The notes below the pieces were generated by a model, which saw nothing but the letters and a program-made list of their open reading frames with translations, had not been told where the DNA came from and ran no database searches. A DNA stretch of 40,249 nt from a virus (taxonomy: Duplodnaviria; Caudoviricetes). Shown in pieces: positions 1-8,555 of this stretch. The stretch is taken from positions 1 through 40,249 of the IMG/VR virus record IMGVR_UViG_3300006164_000018, one strand, 5' to 3'. The stretch's first letter is position 1. Every line of letters starts with the position of its first letter. A program made the position numbers and the translations under genes.

Positions 1-120
1 GGACTCATCAAAATCACATGATTCTACAGGAGGAGGAGTTCCACCATCGGGGTCAGACGTAGTATGCTCGACACTACATCCTGCTAGTACAAATAGAGTT
101 GTTAGTAATAATTTCTTCAT
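1..120 (-). CDS. Lipoprotein, 5' part only (runs off the window edge); absent from the ORF track
   Basis: Manual translation from ATG at 120: MKKLLLTTLFVLAGCSVEHTTSDPDGGTPPPVESCDFDES. Basic N-terminus, hydrophobic core and canonical lipobox LAGC. Starts 4 nt after the stop of 125..577. Confidence 0.8.
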   Translation of the reverse strand, partial: MKKLLLTTLFVLAGCSVEHTTSDPDGGTPPPVESCDFDES

Positions 121-124
121 AGTT

Positions 125-577
125 TTATTTAAGCTCGGTTGATTCTCCAAATGCTTCGTCTCTGGAAAGACCACGACCTTTTTGTTCTTTGGTCATTCTA
201 AATCTCTTTCCAGTCTGTTTGGTATACTCTTCGATTGAAGGATAAGTTGTAGCACTTGAAATGACTACATCCTTATATAGTACTTCTCCTGTGCCAATAC
301 TTACAGATTTATCCTCGGTTTCTTCCTTAGCATCAACTTCCATGTATTTATATCCAAAAATCTTCTCTTTAGTATGTCTACGAATCTTATTCTTGTAGTA
401 AGTGTCCCAATTTTCAATTCCATCTAGGTGCTGCTTATAATGCATGTGACATAGATCAACTACATTGTCTGGGTAGATATCAAAGTAACGTAAGATGATA
501 TCAGTACCCGTCTTACACTTAGCTACGTCACAAATATCTTGTTTATGGGAGGGTTTAGTTTTGAAGCTTAGTTTCAT
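125..577 (-). CDS. Hypothetical protein with possible N-terminal Cys/His zinc site
   Basis: 150-aa ORF with ATGA overlap to the upstream gene; contains CDVAKC...CHMHY. Confidence 0.7.
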   Translation of the reverse strand: MKLSFKTKPSHKQDICDVAKCKTGTDIILRYFDIYPDNVVDLCHMHYKQHLDGIENWDTYYKNKIRRHTKEKIFGYKYMEVDAKEETEDKSVSIGTGEVLYKDVVISSATTYPSIEEYTKQTGKRFRMTKEQKGRGLSRDEAFGESTELK

Positions 578-906
578 ATCGTTTGTAGATCCTGATTTGT
601 TGTAGGCATCTTTAGTGCTTTGGCTAGATCAAACTCAATCCCTGCGCCTCTAGAAAACTCCCAACCATTTAACATAACCATTGAGTTACAACATATCATA
701 TCCTTTAATGATATCTTCATCATTACATGCCAAATATCTTCTTTGGGGAGATTCTTAGGAATCGGGTGCTTTCTTGGATTACGAACCTTATAACCCATAG
801 TTACGAGCATTTCTTCCATTTTCATAAAATCTTCCTTGTTAGCGTTCTCTATCCCTGTAATGGGGCCAGAAATATAAACAGGACTGATTAGTATTTTAGA
901 TTGCAT
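574..906 (-). CDS. DUF4406-family protein (nucleoside 2'-deoxyribosyltransferase-like fold)
   Basis: VYISGPITG, V-x-NP and GWEFSRGAGIE motifs typical of this family. Confidence 0.8.
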   Translation of the reverse strand: MQSKILISPVYISGPITGIENANKEDFMKMEEMLVTMGYKVRNPRKHPIPKNLPKEDIWHVMMKISLKDMICCNSMVMLNGWEFSRGAGIEFDLAKALKMPTTNQDLQTI

Positions 907-1573
907 ATATTCTTCCTTTTAAATGCTGCTCAATAAAAGCTTGTCTATTGAAGTGCCACCCGTCTCTCCCAACAAGTTCGCCTCTTGAGTGGTGTCGTAA
1001 TAATAGAGGTACGACGATATTTTTTCTCTTAGTTTCCCTCATTCTATGACAAAACATGATATCATAAAAGTCCCAGCCACCATCAAAATACTTAGGTTTA
1101 TCAAGGTTGATCGTGCCTAATGTCTTTGCATTCGCAGCTAGGAACAATCCATCCATTACAATTACTTCTCCAGTAGGTCCATAACAGGAGGGGTGAAGTT
1201 CATTAGTATGTGCAACGCTTCCTCTACCAAACCCGTTAATTATGTTCTCCTTATCCCACCATACTCCAGACTGTGTTAATCTAGTAGTTCCAGCCACGCC
1301 AATAAAACCTACTTCGGGTTTAGAAGTTTCTGCTAAACAATTTAAAAAATGTTCTTTACTACTAAGTATTTCAATATCATCATGACACATTATAACAATA
1401 TCGTTAGTAGTGTATTCTAAAGTAGCATAAACATCACTATATGCCTCATAAATAGAGTTCTTATCACGCAATATTTTAACATGTATACCCCATGAAATAA
1501 AGTTTTTTACTAATTTTTCGAAACTTTTTCCGGGTTTATTAGAGCGGGTGCAAATGAAAGCGTATATATTCAT
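896..1573 (-). CDS. GT-A fold glycosyltransferase (GT2-like, Glyco_tranf_2_5/StrF type)
   Basis: SIYEAY, MCHDDI (DxD-like), GFIGVAG, MDGLFLA, WDFYD and HHSRG motifs. Confidence 0.8.
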   Translation of the reverse strand: MNIYAFICTRSNKPGKSFEKLVKNFISWGIHVKILRDKNSIYEAYSDVYATLEYTTNDIVIMCHDDIEILSSKEHFLNCLAETSKPEVGFIGVAGTTRLTQSGVWWDKENIINGFGRGSVAHTNELHPSCYGPTGEVIVMDGLFLAANAKTLGTINLDKPKYFDGGWDFYDIMFCHRMRETKRKNIVVPLLLRHHSRGELVGRDGWHFNRQAFIEQHLKGRIYAI

Positions 1574-1578
1574 AGCAC

Positions 1579-1584
1579 ATTATA
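1579..1584 (-). promoter_or_regulatory. Putative -10 box (TATAAT) for a leaderless glycosyltransferase transcript
   Basis: Minus strand reads TATAAT-gtgct-ATG(1573). No Shine-Dalgarno and no convincing -35 box. Confidence 0.45.
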
Positions 1585-1589
1585 CCCAT

Positions 1590-3137
1590 ATGGACAAGAA
1601 AAATATAGCAAAGATGAAAAAGGAGTTTGAAAAATGCAAATCAGACCCTGTTTATTTCATCTCTACTTATGTTAAAGTTGTTCATCCTAGACGCGGCCTC
1701 GTCCCCTTTGATTTATATGGATTTCAGAAATCTATCATAGGGGATCTTCAAAAAAATAGATTCAATATTATTAGAAAGTTCCGTCAAGCGGGTATTACCA
1801 CAATCTCCGCTGCCTATGCGTTACATTACGTTATCTTTAATAAGCATAAAACTGTAACCATTTTAAGTATTGGTGATAAAGAGTCTACTCTTGTACTTAG
1901 TAGGATTATGACTATGTATGATGAGCTTCCTAGTTTTCTAAAACCAGAATCATCAGAACGTAATAAACACGAACTAAAGCTAACAACGGGATCTACTATT
2001 GTATCAAAACCCTCTGGAAAGGCATCAGGTCGCTCTATCTCAGCTTCATTCTTAATAATAGATGAAGCTGCTTTCATTGAGAACATTGAGGAAATTTGGG
2101 CTGCTGTATACCCTATTATTTCAACTGGTGGCTCTGTATTCGTAGTTTCTACTGTTAATGGTACGGGTAACTGGTACTATAATATGTATATGGAAGCTAA
2201 GACTCACAGAAACCTATTTAATGCTATTGATATTAATTGGAGGGAACATCCTGAGTATTGTAGACATGAAGGTTATAATGATCTTTATGCAGACATGGAA
2301 GCTAATGTTCCACCTATCTATATTGATGATTGGGAATCTACTACCAGAAAGAATATTGGTATTAGAAGATGGAACCAAGAGTATGAGGCTGAGTTTCTAG
2401 GAACTGGTGATACTTATATTGACGGTGAAACACTTATTAATCTTGTTGAGAACGAGAATACTGAGTACTTTATCAAGTATAATAATAAGATGAGAGTTTG
2501 GAAAGAACCAGAAACTCACTTTGAATATATTATGGGTGTCGATGTAGGTTTAGGTAGAAATAGAGATTATTCTGCATTTCATGTAGTTAATCTCTATAAT
2601 GGCGAACAAGTAGCTGAGTTTTATTCAAATAAAACTCCACTAAACGAGTTTGCTAAAATCTTAGTAGAAGAGGGATTACATTATAATCTCGCTGCTATGT
2701 TAATAGAAAGAAATACTATTGGTAATACTTTGATTGAACGTGTATTTGAAGAACTTGAATATGAGAATCTTATGATGGACGTTGATAATAACTTCGGTGT
2801 ACAAATTACACAGAAAAGTAGAGATTGCATTTTAGCAGATCTAGAAGAGTTTCTAAGAGTTAATAAACTAAAAGTCAACTCACAAAGAACAACTAAAGAA
2901 CTTCAAACATTTATTGTAACTGATACAGGTAAAGCGGAAGCTGATAAAGGTCAACATGATGACTTAGTTATGAGTTTAGCCATTACCTGTTACGGTATGA
3001 AATTCTTATATGATAATGGAATTGTAGAGCAGGGGTTAGGTGATTCTCCAAAAGAAGATAATAGTCACCTCTTATACGACAGATACACTACTGCGGAAGG
3101 TGTAAATAAAGAGGATATTCAATGGCTTCTGAAATAG
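1590..3137 (+). CDS. terL: Terminase large subunit
   Basis: Adenine-binding LYGFQ, P-loop KFRQAGIT, Walker B LIIDEAAF, coupling motif STVNG, nuclease GVDVGLG and HDDLVMS. Start moved from 1548 to ATG 1590 to avoid overlapping the divergent gene. Confidence 0.95.
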   Translation: MDKKNIAKMKKEFEKCKSDPVYFISTYVKVVHPRRGLVPFDLYGFQKSIIGDLQKNRFNIIRKFRQAGITTISAAYALHYVIFNKHKTVTILSIGDKESTLVLSRIMTMYDELPSFLKPESSERNKHELKLTTGSTIVSKPSGKASGRSISASFLIIDEAAFIENIEEIWAAVYPIISTGGSVFVVSTVNGTGNWYYNMYMEAKTHRNLFNAIDINWREHPEYCRHEGYNDLYADMEANVPPIYIDDWESTTRKNIGIRRWNQEYEAEFLGTGDTYIDGETLINLVENENTEYFIKYNNKMRVWKEPETHFEYIMGVDVGLGRNRDYSAFHVVNLYNGEQVAEFYSNKTPLNEFAKILVEEGLHYNLAAMLIERNTIGNTLIERVFEELEYENLMMDVDNNFGVQITQKSRDCILADLEEFLRVNKLKVNSQRTTKELQTFIVTDTGKAEADKGQHDDLVMSLAITCYGMKFLYDNGIVEQGLGDSPKEDNSHLLYDRYTTAEGVNKEDIQWLLK

Positions 3138-4960
3138 AAAAACAAGATAAATTAAATGAAGGTCAAACTGAGTTTGCTCCCAACTCAGGTGGTTTAGGAT
3201 CCTATTTCAGAGCCGATGGTAGAATGGGTAAATGGTTATCCAAGTTCTTCGCGTCCAAAGCTCAACCTTATTTAAGTACTCAAGGAAATCCCGGACCTAC
3301 TACTTTACATCCTTTAGCTGGTGATGCAGTAGCTCACGATCAGGTAATTAAACCCGGAGCAGTTACTTGGGGCAGGAATACTGGAAAAGAGAACCCTATT
3401 CTACCTGAGATTGAGGTAAGTAGAAGAAAGCGTTATAAGGAACTTGAAGCAATGGATGAATATCCTGAGATAAGTTCTGCTTGGGATATCTATGCTGATG
3501 ATTGTTCTCAAAAAGATGTAACCGGAAAGCGTTGGTTAGTTAAGTCTAATAGCAAATTCGTAGTTGATGAGATTAACTCTCTCTTTGATAAACTTAAGCT
3601 TGATCGTATGTATTGGGATATCTTCAGAAATACGGTAAAGTATGGCGACAATTTCCTTGAAACCATTATTGATATTAATAGACCCAAAGAAGGGATTAAG
3701 AGATTAAAGATTCTTAATCCTTTATTTATGTATAGGGTTGAGAATGAATATGGTTACTTAACTGATTTTCTACAAGAGATCCCCGATTCTTCAGATAATC
3801 ACGCTGCCTTTGGTGCGAACTCTGCATCTATGAGTAATGCTAAATATTTACCGTTAGATAAGAACCAAATAGTTCACTTTAGGATCACTACATCAGACCC
3901 TCATTATTATCCTTACGGTAAGTCTGTAGCTGCCCCTGCGATTAGAGTTTATAGGTCCCTTAAGCTTATGGAAGACGCAATGTTAATTTATAGATTAGCA
4001 CGCGCACCTGAGAGAAGGGTTTTTTATATTGATGTAACTGGACTTCCCTCAGCTAAAGCTTCCTTATATATTGAGAGAGTAAAAGAGAAGTTTAAGAAAG
4101 AGAAGTTCTATGATCAGAATAATGGTCAAATTGGTGGAAGATATAATCCTCTTGCTGCTGATGAAGACTTCTTTGTACCCATTAAAGGAAACCAGAAGAC
4201 TAAGATTGAAACTCTACCTGGAGCAGACAATCTTGGTGATATTGATGACGTAAGATACTTTAGAGATAAACTGCTTGCCGCTATGAAGATTCCTAAGGAC
4301 TTTATTGTAGAGAAAGATAAATCTCCTGAGCGTAAAGCTAACCTTGCACAACTAGATGTTAAGTTCGCTCGTACTATTACTAGAATTCAAAATAGTTTAG
4401 AGATCGGCCTAGAAATGATTGCTAAGAGACATCTTCAATTAAAAGGATATCCTAACTTTATTATAGAAGCTTTAAAAATTGAACTTCCAGATTCTTCAGA
4501 CATGTTTACTAAACGTAAAATTGAAGTAGATGAGGCTAAGGCTAGGGTAGTACAGGCAGTATTAGGAACAGGATTATTTCCTGTGGATACAATCTATAAA
4601 GAATATTACAATCTTACAGATAGTGATATTGAACAATTAAAGAATCAGCTTGATAAAGAAGCTGAGGAAGAGGCAATGAAGCAGCAACAACAAGCTGCTC
4701 AAGCTGCCGAACAAGCTGGAGGAGGCATGGGTACACCGGGACTGGAAACAGGTGGTGATACAATGGGCTCTGAAATGGCTGCACCTACGGATGGAGAGAT
4801 GGAACCTGATGAGAACCAGACTCCTACTTCAACCGAAGAAAATGTTAAAGTGTTGCGTAAGTACGAGCGTAATATAATAAATGAAGATATTTCGTACATA
4901 AAAAAGCGAGTTCTAAGAAGAGCATTTACTAGAATTCGCACCAAACAAGAGGAAAACTAA
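3122..4960 (+). CDS. Portal protein, T4 gp20-like
   Basis: LKLMEDAMLIYRLARAPERRVFYIDV, EDFF, IETLPG and LGDIDDVRYF...L..AMKIP signatures; directly follows terL. Confidence 0.95.
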   Translation: MASEIEKQDKLNEGQTEFAPNSGGLGSYFRADGRMGKWLSKFFASKAQPYLSTQGNPGPTTLHPLAGDAVAHDQVIKPGAVTWGRNTGKENPILPEIEVSRRKRYKELEAMDEYPEISSAWDIYADDCSQKDVTGKRWLVKSNSKFVVDEINSLFDKLKLDRMYWDIFRNTVKYGDNFLETIIDINRPKEGIKRLKILNPLFMYRVENEYGYLTDFLQEIPDSSDNHAAFGANSASMSNAKYLPLDKNQIVHFRITTSDPHYYPYGKSVAAPAIRVYRSLKLMEDAMLIYRLARAPERRVFYIDVTGLPSAKASLYIERVKEKFKKEKFYDQNNGQIGGRYNPLAADEDFFVPIKGNQKTKIETLPGADNLGDIDDVRYFRDKLLAAMKIPKDFIVEKDKSPERKANLAQLDVKFARTITRIQNSLEIGLEMIAKRHLQLKGYPNFIIEALKIELPDSSDMFTKRKIEVDEAKARVVQAVLGTGLFPVDTIYKEYYNLTDSDIEQLKNQLDKEAEEEAMKQQQQAAQAAEQAGGGMGTPGLETGGDTMGSEMAAPTDGEMEPDENQTPTSTEENVKVLRKYERNIINEDISYIKKRVLRRAFTRIRTKQEEN

Positions 4961-6723
4961 TGTACGATATCTTATTTTCAAATCGTAATAAAATTGTTGC
5001 AGACCTAATTAAACTTGGGGATTGCATGGGCAGATCTATTAGGGAGAACGTTTTTCTCTTTACCGTAGATCCTATGGATAATGAAGTGTCTTACTTAACC
5101 GAAGGAGACAAGATCATTACCGGAAATTATAGTATTAAAGAGGATATTAGCCTTAATAATATTGTTATAAGTGAGTGTGAGGATGCTTTCAAAGGTAATA
5201 AATTTGAAAGCAAGATTAACGAATCAGTTGGTCACTTCCTAGGAAATCTTTACAATGATGAAATGTCAAATGCTAATGGTAGCTTTAATGGCATTCTTAA
5301 TCTTTGGGAAGAACGAGCCAAGTATGACAAGGTATGCGTAAAGCTTCAAGAGAAGGTTGAAAAACTTTCTACTGTTGAAGATATCATGGGCACTACGGAA
5401 TTTGCTAGGTTTGCGGAGATCTCAGAAGGTCTTGTTGAATTCTTAAAAGAGAATAAAACAAAGATCCAAGGCATTCCTGAGATCAGTAACGCTGTAAAGC
5501 TTTCTTATACTATTTCCGAGGCATTTAATCTCCCTTTACAGGATGTTAATAGTCTCACTACCTACACTCTTAATGAGGCAACTACAGGAAGTATTTACGA
5601 CCTTATTTGTCAGCAAGAGCTAGTTAAGAAGGAGCTTCTTGAAACCAAGAGGAACTTCTCTACTGTATGGGCTAATAACACTTCAGTCAACAATCTAACA
5701 AGCTATCTTATTAGTGAGTCAGATGATGAGGAAAGACTATGTGAGTTAATCGCTGAATCTATTAAAGAGATTCCTTATTTTGCTATGGCATCTAAGAAGC
5801 AACTCACAGAGACGTTTGAGAGAATGCTCTCCCTCAGAAATCTTTCGGTTGCTACTGCTGATGTTAAAAAGTTCTCCTCACAAATCTTTGAGCTTAAAAA
5901 GCCTGTAAGAGAAGAAATCGCTTCTATGCTTTCCAATAAGTATGGAATCCAAGTACAGAATCTTAAAGAAGATTTCTCATTTAAGAGTCTAGTTCAAACG
6001 CAGATTGTAATTGTAGAATCTCTTGCCAAGCTATCTCCTAAGGGAAGTGTTCAGAAGAGTATTCTCCTTGAAGTATCTAAGATGCTAAAAGGTAAGTCAG
6101 GGGTTGAAAGCATTGATGTAAGCAACTTCCTTCATTCTATCTTCGAAGACGCTGGGTACAAAGGACTTATTACGGAAGGTATGGGACGCTACATGAACTT
6201 TGATAAAGTTGCTGGTGACCTAGATCGTATTAGTGGTATGCTTAAATTAATTATGCAAAAAGCTGCTAGTGGTGGAATGTCTCCTGAAGACGGAGCGAAA
6301 CAAGAAGCTCCTGAAATGGGAGCAGAAGGAGGTCAACCTGAAGTAGAAGGCGAAATGGGGGCTGATGTTCAGGATGATGGAAACTATTCTTCTGATACCG
6401 ATATGGATGTGCCTAATGCAAATCCTGGACTTCCTCAAGATATGCCCACTGATGATTTTCCTGGGGATACTGGCGCAGAAGAACAAGATCAAGAAATTCC
6501 CCAAGGTCAGGAAGGACTTGAAGGAGAAGAACAGTTTGATGAGATGCCACAAGAAGATCCTCAAGGTGCGGGTGGACCAGTAGAAATTTCTCCTGAAGAT
6601 CTTATGGGTAACTTATCTGAACTTGAAGGGCTTATTTCTGATCTTAAGATGGAAATGGGTGGTGGAGATGAAGAAGTTATTCCAGGTGAAGAGGAAGAAG
6701 AAATCGAAGGAGAACTACAGTAA
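4960..6723 (+). CDS. Putative prohead core/scaffold-like head protein with acidic disordered C-terminus
   Basis: TAATG-coupled to the portal gene; helical body with many (I/L)-x-E sites and about 145 aa of E/D/G/P/Q-rich tail. Function is inferred. Confidence 0.5.
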   Translation: MYDILFSNRNKIVADLIKLGDCMGRSIRENVFLFTVDPMDNEVSYLTEGDKIITGNYSIKEDISLNNIVISECEDAFKGNKFESKINESVGHFLGNLYNDEMSNANGSFNGILNLWEERAKYDKVCVKLQEKVEKLSTVEDIMGTTEFARFAEISEGLVEFLKENKTKIQGIPEISNAVKLSYTISEAFNLPLQDVNSLTTYTLNEATTGSIYDLICQQELVKKELLETKRNFSTVWANNTSVNNLTSYLISESDDEERLCELIAESIKEIPYFAMASKKQLTETFERMLSLRNLSVATADVKKFSSQIFELKKPVREEIASMLSNKYGIQVQNLKEDFSFKSLVQTQIVIVESLAKLSPKGSVQKSILLEVSKMLKGKSGVESIDVSNFLHSIFEDAGYKGLITEGMGRYMNFDKVAGDLDRISGMLKLIMQKAASGGMSPEDGAKQEAPEMGAEGGQPEVEGEMGADVQDDGNYSSDTDMDVPNANPGLPQDMPTDDFPGDTGAEEQDQEIPQGQEGLEGEEQFDEMPQEDPQGAGGPVEISPEDLMGNLSELEGLISDLKMEMGGGDEEVIPGEEEEEIEGELQ

Positions 6724-7118
6724 TGGACGCAGGTAAACTATACAGTAAGACTGTTACAACTGGTGCTGCGGGTGCAGCAATAATTGTAGAACTACGAGAT
6801 ACGAGTGGTGTATTAACTGAGTGTACATATTTAGAAGCAACTCTAGCGGAACCCGGAACAAGTACTAACTATGTTTCAGTTACCCCTAGTGGTATTTACG
6901 CATCATATTTAGATCTATCTGCAACAGGAGCTACTACTTCTGGTGCAGGGGGTATTGTAGCGACAGCAGTTGGTAAAGGTGTACTACAAGTATTACCTCC
7001 ACAAGCTTTTAACTCGGTAAGAGTATTTGGCTCTGCCGCTGTAGATGTAATAGTTACATACGGAAATTTAATCACTCCGAATGATAGAGCAAGAGGAAAT
7101 AAATCACAAGGATTATAG
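6723..7118 (+). CDS. Small beta-rich virion protein (possible decoration protein)
   Basis: TAATG coupling; G/A/T/V/S-rich composition. Confidence 0.55.
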   Translation: MDAGKLYSKTVTTGAAGAAIIVELRDTSGVLTECTYLEATLAEPGTSTNYVSVTPSGIYASYLDLSATGATTSGAGGIVATAVGKGVLQVLPPQAFNSVRVFGSAAVDVIVTYGNLITPNDRARGNKSQGL

Positions 7119-7123
7119 TTTAA

Positions 7124-7924
7124 ATGGCAGTAAATGAGCAAAGCCCTTTGGGGATTGATCAAGGCTCTCTTGGAACTTCTAGTATAAAACTTAAGGAGTT
7201 CCAAGCGAGTGATGTTGTAGGTTTAAGTAATGGTGGAACTGGAGTTTCATCACTAGTTGATCTTAGTGCCCTCTTAAATCTTTCGGCGTTTGCTGGGGAG
7301 TCTTCTGATCACGGAGAGTTAGCGGGTCTAGGAGATAATGATCATCCTCAGTATACTCTAAGTTCAACTAACTCTACTCTAAGCTCTCTGGTAACTACTA
7401 ACCAAGGACTAATGGAGAGTGCGTCTTCAACCGTATTTGATAACTCAGCAGTATGGGAAACCGTAGCTGCATTAAATGATATAAAAAATAACGGTCAATT
7501 AATGGCAAGAAAGACCTCTAACCAGACAACTACTACTTCATGGGTTACGCTAACCGCTTTTACTAATGTAGATGTTAGTGGAGGAGATGTGGCATTTACT
7601 ATAGTTACAGGTGTTGTAGATATAAATACTGCTGGGCTTTATCGAATAGGGTATAACATCCTTGGAGAAAATACAGCCAATGGTAGAGCGGGATTAGAGA
7701 GTAAATTACAGGTTGATACTGGTGGAGGAGGAGGTTACGTTGACCTACCCCAAAGTATCTCTGGAAGTTATGCAAGGCTAGATGCTGCTCAAGATTTCGC
7801 AACCAACTCTTGTGAAGCTTACTTAAGAGAATGCACCGCATCTGATTCGTTTATACTTCAGGTGCAACACACTACTACTGCTTTAACTGTTACTGGATAT
7901 ATCTCCATAGAGAGACTTAATTAA
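7124..7924 (+). CDS. Fibre-like virion protein (head or short fibre)
   Basis: LSNGGTG and DHGELAGLGDNDHPQY motifs seen in phage fibres; C-terminal beta domain with GLYRIGYNI resembles C1q/BclA-type trimer heads. Confidence 0.55.
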   Translation: MAVNEQSPLGIDQGSLGTSSIKLKEFQASDVVGLSNGGTGVSSLVDLSALLNLSAFAGESSDHGELAGLGDNDHPQYTLSSTNSTLSSLVTTNQGLMESASSTVFDNSAVWETVAALNDIKNNGQLMARKTSNQTTTTSWVTLTAFTNVDVSGGDVAFTIVTGVVDINTAGLYRIGYNILGENTANGRAGLESKLQVDTGGGGGYVDLPQSISGSYARLDAAQDFATNSCEAYLRECTASDSFILQVQHTTTALTVTGYISIERLN

Positions 7925-7946
7925 AGAATCGTTCCATAAAATAATA

Positions 7947-8324
7947 ATGTCACTACAAGAAACAAAACAAGAAGTTGAAAAACTAAGGAATTCCTCACAT
8001 GATCATGCAAATAAAATCACAGTCAATTCAGGCAGACTATCCAATTTGGAAGAAAGAGTCACAGACTTGGACAGTGACATGAAAAATACGGAGGAGAGAG
8101 TACAAGAAAATACAGTATCTTTAGCTAGAGGCGAGGAAGTCATGGTCCAGCTTGAAAAAGCAACATATACCATGAATAAAACTGTTAATACTCTCCATGA
8201 TACGGTGTTAACCATTGATCACTCTATGGGATTATTTGGTAAGTTTTTAAAGTATGGGATATTCCCTATTACTGTGTTCCTACTAGGAGAAACTTTTTGG
8301 GTCTTTATAACTCGATCACAGTAA
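7947..8324 (+). CDS. Coiled-coil protein with C-terminal transmembrane helix (XhlA/holin-like)
   Basis: Heptad pattern over about 90 aa followed by hydrophobic YGIFPITVFLLGETFWVFI. Confidence 0.5.
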   Translation: MSLQETKQEVEKLRNSSHDHANKITVNSGRLSNLEERVTDLDSDMKNTEERVQENTVSLARGEEVMVQLEKATYTMNKTVNTLHDTVLTIDHSMGLFGKFLKYGIFPITVFLLGETFWVFITRSQ

Positions 8325-8327
8325 GAA

Positions 8328-8555
8328 CTAATCTAGAGTATGATTTTGCTTTAAAAGCTTTATGAGTCTCCAATTATGAGTCTCTTTTATAGCTGCTAAC
8401 TGTCGAACTATATTTTCTAACTTTCGCAGAGAATCTTCAGTAATCTGAGGGTTCTCTGTTATATTATTTATATCGTTAGATATAGATCTTAATGTTTCAG
8501 TCTCTATTTCTCTAAACTTACCTAACTGCTTCTCTAGTTCAATCTTGTTCTTCAT
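8328..8555 (-). CDS. Small helical protein downstream of the helicase (UvsW.1-like by position and size)
   Basis: 75 aa, overlaps the helicase 3' end, amphipathic helices. Confidence 0.55.
   Translation of the reverse strand: MKNKIELEKQLGKFREIETETLRSISNDINNITENPQITEDSLRKLENIVRQLAAIKETHNWRLIKLLKQNHTLD

Noticed and set aside
1548-1589. Longer starts given by the ORF track for terL (1548), helicase (9975) and primase (12814)
   Set aside because: They create head-to-head overlap, leave no promoter space, or ignore an ATGA junction. ATG 1590, 9936 and 12796 fit better.
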